DNA of 64,000 nucleotides from Octopus sinensis. Its lineage: Eukaryota. The stretch lies in the NCBI RefSeq assembly GCF_006345805.1, contig NC_043001.1, positions 87,606,001 to 87,670,000 of the forward strand. Direction: 5' to 3'. Each line of letters opens with the position of its first letter. Positions within the stretch are counted from its first letter, which is position 1. The notes under the pieces were generated by a model that ran no database searches, was not told the origin of the DNA, and saw only the letters and a program-made list of their open reading frames with translations. The translations under genes were made by a program, and so were the position numbers. Positions 60,180 through 64,000 of this stretch are shown here, piece by piece.

Positions 60180-62355
60180 CAGGCCTCTTTCAGTTTGTCT
60201 ACCAAATTCACTCACAAGGGTTTGGTTGACCTAAGGCTATAGTAGAAGACACTTGCCCAAGGTGCCATGCAATGGGACAGAACCCAGAATCATGTGGTTG
60301 GGAATCTGTGTATTTTATAAATATAGATATTATATAAAAACTAAAAGTGGGGCAGGTTAAGACATGTTAAAAATTTGAAATCAAAATATCATCATCAGGA
60401 TAAGATAAGGTTTAATCTCTAGGATAGCAATGATAAAAATAATAAAACATTTCAATTTCAGGAAATTATTAAACCTGCCCACCCATGAGCAGAAATTACC
60501 CCAAAACTGCCAGAACAATAAATGCCAGTTTTCAGTGAATGAACAAATACCAGAATCTGTTACCAATCTTTTGTGCGGAAACATTAATACTTTGTTTTTT
60601 TTTGTGTGGGTTGAACAAAAGCTATCACTGAATGATAGCTTTTGTTCATGCATTCTTCATGCATGTGCAACATTCTGTGGATACAGACTTCCCTCATCTA
60701 TAAACTGACTCACATGATATTTGCTCAGAGACATTGAATGAGAGAGAAAACTAGCCATGTCGGCAGCACAGAGTTGGGTATCAGGTCAGTATCAAGTTGA
60801 CCACAACTCATATCTCACTACAGGCACTACACAATGTCAATGGCCAAGACACTGAAAGCCTCAAGACTGTATTACCATTTTCATGATAATCAACATCTTA
60901 ATGTTTCTTCTTCACAGATAGAATGGGAATTTTCTGGTTACATTGTCTGTGATATTAATTATATTTAGCAGCTCATATATGAAGAGTTTTAGACATCTTC
61001 AGTAAATATACAAGCAGAATGTTTGGAAAATATTCACATATCGTAGGTGTAGGAGTGGCTGTCTGGTAAGTAGCTTGTTTACCAACCACATGGTTCCAGG
61101 TTCAGTCCCACTGTGTGGCACCTTGGGCAAGTGTCTTCTACAATAGCCTCTGGTCGACCAAAGCCTTGTGAGTGGATTTGGTAGACAGGAACTGAAAGAA
61201 GCCCATTATATATATATGTGTATGCATATGTTTGTTCCCCCCAACATTGCTTGACAACCGATGCTGGTGTGTTTACGTTGCCGTAACTTAGCGGTTCAGC
61301 AAAAGAGACCGATAGAATAAGTACTAGGCTTACAAAGAATAAGTCCTGGGGTCAATTTGTTCGACTAAAGGCGGTGCTCCAGTATGGCCACAGTCAAATG
61401 ACTGAAACAAAAGAGTAAAAGGGTAGATATCCATTGTTTCATATTTGGTTTTGTTCCTCACAAAGTGTTTGATGATGATAACTAGTGAGACTAGTAAAGG
61501 TTGCATACCAAGTATATGTAAGTTTAGGCTCAGAAGGCAGGGTTGATAAAAATTGTACCAATCCAAGGTAGCAGATTGGTAGAACTGTAAGAATGTTGGA
61601 CCAGATGTCTTGGCTCTTTGTGTTCTGAGTTTAAATCTCACCATTGTATACTTGGGTGGTAGATTTACCCTGCAGGCCAGTTTAACACTACTACCGGACA
61701 CCTTGGGTGCCTTTACCAGAGTCCACTTTGTTGCATGCAATTAGGTCAGGTTTCCAGTTTGAGGCTACCCTCCTCCCTCTCTCCTACTGTTTTGAAGGCC
61801 CTGTAACAGGTCATAGGCACTGCCCTCACTCCTGATTAACAGAAAAAAACCCCCCAAAAACTTAAACAGGCAATGCGAGATTTTTACTATTTTGACTGTA
61901 TGTGTCACAAGTGATCTAATGAATCTTAGCCTGTCAATCGTCTGAATTATTTTGTGTAATATTATTTTCATGTTAAAGTGTAAATAGGTTAGGATGAGGT
62001 GTACATAACATCATGACTCAAGTCTGTAGAGTTGGATTTTGTGATAATCTTCCATAAACTACAGCACTTAATTTTCAGTATTACCACAGTAAACTGATCG
62101 GTTATAAGAACATTATGCATGCTTCTCTATATAATTCATGTATGTGCAGTTTAGATGACAACAGTATTAAATTGTGGGGATATAAGTATGAAAGAATATT
62201 CTTAGTAAAAATCACTTTAGACGAGGTTTCAGTAAAAAATATCTGCTAAAAACCATTAACTTACTGTTTTCAGGGTCAGTGTTACGAGTGTCACCATAAT
62301 CTGGATCATCTCTGTATTCACGAACAGTAGAGCCATATTTACCAGCCTTCGACAT
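29679..62355 (-). CDS. STX12-like: Endosomal Qa-SNARE, syntaxin-7/12/TSNARE1 family. Spliced CDS: complement(join(62265-62355,54779-54844,48464-48533,44828-44915,43370-43444,41592-41663,39322-39447,38029-38101,37701-37783,29679-29774)), 279 aa
   Basis: Ten exons with GT-AG boundaries join in compatible phases (91+66+70+88+75+72+126+73+83+96=840 nt) into one open frame: MSKAGKYGSTVREYRDDPDY...EREERIRQLEGDILDVNEIFRELGTLVHEQGDVIDSIEANVDNGYSRVESGMQQLTKAASHQKKHRKKLCLLLLIVVVILVVLGIIIYFTLKN*. The SNARE heptad with 0-layer Gln and the TM tail match syntaxin-7/12. Orthology within the STX7/STX12/TSNARE1 group is unresolved. Confidence 0.95.
37701..37783 (-). CDS. Syntaxin coding exon 9 (DSIEANVDNGYSRVESGMQQLTKAASHQ)
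   Basis: Acceptor ctattttccag, donor CAG|GTGAGT; 83 nt. Confidence 0.95.
38029..38101 (-). CDS. Syntaxin coding exon 8 (GDILDVNEIFRELGTLVHEQGDVI)
   Basis: Acceptor tgtgtattgtag, donor G|GTGAGT; 73 nt; contains the 0-layer Gln. Confidence 0.95.
39322..39447 (-). CDS. Syntaxin coding exon 7 (EDDQESLLQRQQREEQLMQQQEIIEEDTALILEREERIRQLE)
   Basis: Long pyrimidine tract then ccctag acceptor, donor GAG|GTGGGA; 126 nt; start of the SNARE motif. Confidence 0.94.
41592..41663 (-). CDS. Syntaxin coding exon 6 (KAAEKVRTAKPLRPPPGESLIDFE)
   Basis: Acceptor tttcctgtgtgtag, donor GAG|GTAAGT; 72 nt; phase 0/0; linker region. Confidence 0.9.
42329..42875 (-). mobile_element. Non-autonomous Helitron-like element
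   Basis: 5' A|TCTATTATATAAAA, internal (GT)n, subterminal hairpin ccgtcc-aat-ggacgg, 3' CTCG|T (variant of CTRR). Confidence 0.6.
43370..43444 (-). CDS. Syntaxin coding exon 5 (NRKFELERLRNDFEESFKKFTELQK)
   Basis: Acceptor ttccattcttcag, donor AAA|GTGAGT; 75 nt; Hc helix 'ERL.NDF' pattern. Confidence 0.93.
44828..44915 (-). CDS. Syntaxin coding exon 4 (HETSQSTNEIVTETANLVKKIVRNRKLTQ)
   Basis: Acceptor tttgtttttcag, donor CAG|GTCAGT; 88 nt; phase 2/0. Confidence 0.92.
45230..46230 (-). mobile_element. Decayed CR1/L2-group LINE in syntaxin intron 3
   Basis: SSGVLQGSVLGPLL, KYADDIKLY, EFTSPVWNPY motifs. Confidence 0.85.
46695..46914. mobile_element. Mariner-derived MITE
   Basis: TIRs ggggctgaaaagttcctggctttag / ctaaaaccaggaacttttcagcactcc around a short non-coding core. 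Confidence 0.7.
47216..47801 (+). mobile_element. Retrozyme-like insertion: 354-nt monomer with 59-nt terminal redundancy, 5' inverted segment and 13-bp flanking duplication
   Basis: 47386-47444 repeats at 47740-47798. Segment 47213-47385 is an inverted copy spanning the monomer junction. tgtaaatggtata occurs at 47203-47215 and 47802-47814. Hammerhead at 47588-47632. Confidence 0.7.
47588..47632 (+). ncRNA. Type I hammerhead ribozyme motif
   Basis: CACACA-CTGATGA-CGGGT-CAAT-ACCCA-GAA-AC-TTGG-GT-C-CGTGTG: intact CUGAUGA and GAAA core, GUC cleavage triplet; closing pairs of stems I and II are mismatched. Confidence 0.75.
48464..48533 (-). CDS. Syntaxin coding exon 3 (NNLNKAMKIIGTERDSNVLRDR)
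   Basis: Acceptor ttccatttcag, donor AT|GTGAGT; 70 nt; resembles the 'GT..DS..LR' Ha-Hb loop of syntaxin-7/12. Confidence 0.92.
50620..51030 (-). mobile_element. GC-rich fragment resembling an RTE-type LINE 5' untranslated region
   Basis: GGGTGACCCCACCAGG...CCCGACGGCATAGCTCT...CCCCACCACGGCGAGG resembles, from my recollection, RTE/Expander 5' UTR motifs; no RT ORF is attached. Confidence 0.4.
54779..54844 (-). CDS. Syntaxin coding exon 2 (NLYVDEILKQIGNNVFKINNG)
   Basis: Acceptor attttctacag, donor G|GTAAGA; 66 nt; phase 1/1; Ha-helix-like sequence. Confidence 0.9.
55850..56245 (-). mobile_element. SINE family A, near full length
   Basis: Reverse complement of 61045-61420. Confidence 0.88.
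57059..57427 (+). mobile_element. Non-autonomous Helitron
   Basis: A|TC 5' end, 3' hairpin cctg-agcaacgc-cggg, CTAG|T 3' end, inserted between A and T without a TSD. Confidence 0.8.
59150..59525 (+). mobile_element. SINE/RTE-tail family C
   Basis: Same modules and (ATG)n tail as 10320-10695. Confidence 0.75.
59925..60300 (-). mobile_element. SINE family A
   Basis: Reverse complement of 61045-61420, with an expanded internal (TA)n. Confidence 0.85.
61045..61420 (+). mobile_element. SINE family A, full length, tRNA-like head
   Basis: A-box tggctgtctggt and B-box ggttcagtccc; 3' tail ggcggtgctccagtatggccacagtcaaatgactgaaacaaaagagtaa. Confidence 0.9.
62265..62355 (-). CDS. Syntaxin coding exon 1 (MSKAGKYGSTVREYRDDPDYGDTRNTDPEN). 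The exon extends into the 5' UTR to the acceptor at 62401
   Basis: Acceptor ttctttttctag|TGTT at 62401; ACCATGT start; donor A|GTAAGT; phase 1 joins exon 2 (AGT, Ser). The acceptor implies an upstream non-coding exon, which I could not locate. Confidence 0.88.
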
Positions 62356-62450
62356 GGTTAAGCTGTGTTAGGGTGTCTTTGATTACTTGGTTAGCAAAAC
62401 ACTAGAAAAAGAAATGAACATGTATATTAGTTATTGATAAACACACACAC

Positions 62451-62486
<36 letters not shown>

Positions 62487-62808
62487 TTCAGCAAAAATTT
62501 AGATTCGAATGAATATGGTACTTAATTTAGATGCACCAGAATTTTGTATGGTGTTATCCATAAAAATTTACTGGGTGATTATAATCAAAATAAGCAACAA
62601 GAATGACACCGGTAATTTGGTACAATTGTTTCACACTACATCATTTTATTAAAAGTTGTAAGTATTACAACAGATTTAAGATGCTGAGTGCTCATCAGCC
62701 AATTATAGAGGCTTTCCATTAATATAAAAGCTTTCAAATCAAGTAGCAACATTATAGAGAAGGTAGATATACAGACAAAGATGTAGATTTAAATTTTAAG
62801 AACATATG

Positions 62809-62865
<57 letters not shown>

Positions 62866-62866
<1 letters not shown>

Positions 62867-63149
62867 GAGGCGCAATGGCCTAGTGGTTAGGGCAGCGGAC
62901 TCGCGGTCACAGGATCACGGTTTTGATTCCCAGATCGGGCGTTGTGAGTGTTTATTGAGCGAAAACACCTTAAAGATCCACGAGGCTCTGGCAGGGGGTG
63001 GTGATCCCTGCTGTAGTCTTTCACCACTCTTTCTTCTGTTGGCGTGCTCGCTTAGCCAGCAGGATGGCGTCATTCGAAGGCTAAAACAATGCGAACGCAT
63101 TGTGACCAGCGATGTGTAACAACATCTGATGGTCTGGTCGGTCACGTGA
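62866..63149 (+). mobile_element. SINE family B, full length, inside (TA)n
   Basis: tRNA-like head ggcgcaatggcctagtggttagggcagcggactcgcggtc; 3' end ctggtcggtcacgtga followed by (TA)n. Confidence 0.85.
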
Positions 63150-64000
63150 TATATATATATATATATATATACATCTATAAGTAACTGTAATGTATATAAC
63201 ATACAAGTGTGTGTTTGTATTATCATTTTAACTTCCACTTTTCCATACTTGCAAGGGTCACATGACTACAAGGATAGAAACATTGAAAACAATGGGATCA
63301 TACCAAAATGATAATATTTTATTTAGCAGTAAAGCTATTTGTTAGAAATTAAAATGAAAATAGGATGCACCCTTGCTCTTCTCAAAAGATTTACTGGTGC
63401 ATATGAAGTAAACTGGTTTCAAATGATAATTAAAATGTGTCAGGATTTATCGTAAGCTTACTTCTAGTAATAACGATATTACACATCACTATTGCTTGCC
63501 AAATTATATACAATATACTAATGTAGTGACATAGGAGATAGATTCAACTGTTCTCTCCCAAAATCTGTTAACTTGTTTATGGTTATAATAATATTGAATG
63601 TAATTCATTTTACATCATTTTAATGCCATCTTTTCCATGCTTGCATGGGTCAAATGGAGATTGAGATAAATGTTCTATAGTCAAGTGCCCTTCTCGTTTC
63701 CTAGCAAGGTAGTATTTCCCCATGATCAGACATATTTGCACAGAACATTAGAAACAAAATAACATTGCTGGTATGAGAGTCACACTCATTTACTACTACT
63801 ATGTGATGTTAAGACATGAAAACACAAACATACACACACATAAGGCTTTTTACAGTTTCAGTCTACCAAATCCACTCATAAGGCAATTGCTTGACCCAAG
63901 GATATAACAGAAGACACTTGCCCAAGGTTACACACAATAAGACTAAACCCAAAACTATGTGGTTGGGAAGCAAATTTCTCAACCACACAGCTATGCTTGA

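Noticed and set aside
62866-62940. tRNA gene (Arg-like head)
   Set aside because: The cloverleaf is incomplete and continues into a SINE body shared with the copy at 1227.

Overview
Eukaryotic, AT-rich, repeat-dense genomic DNA. The tRNA-derived SINE families and long (TA)n/(TG)n tracts resemble coleoid cephalopod (octopus-type) DNA; this is inferred from repeat content, not from a database match. I assembled by hand one complete minus-strand gene with 10 coding exons (ATG at 62355, TAG ending at 29679; 840 nt, 279 aa). All introns are GT-AG and the phases are consistent. It encodes an endosomal Qa-SNARE of the syntaxin-7/12/TSNARE1 family: Habc region, SNARE motif with the 0-layer Q in HEQG, and a C-terminal transmembrane helix. 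A probable first coding exon of a second minus-strand gene (SAM-like helices, 12219-12330) runs toward the window start. The rest is decayed mobile DNA: CR1/L2-type and RTE LINE fragments, Tc1 (DD34E), maT (DD37D) and mariner relics, two non-autonomous Helitrons, several SINE families including a 5S-rRNA-headed one, foldback elements, a ~50-bp minisatellite and microsatellites. The most unusual signal is a set of type I hammerhead-ribozyme-like motifs in several unrelated short repeats. The best case is a 354-nt hammerhead-containing monomer in a syntaxin intron, with a terminal redundancy, a 5' inverted segment and a 13-bp flanking duplication, which looks like a retrozyme or Penelope-mobilised element. 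All ribozyme calls are by-eye structural matches; activity is untested. Coordinates of decayed repeats are approximate.
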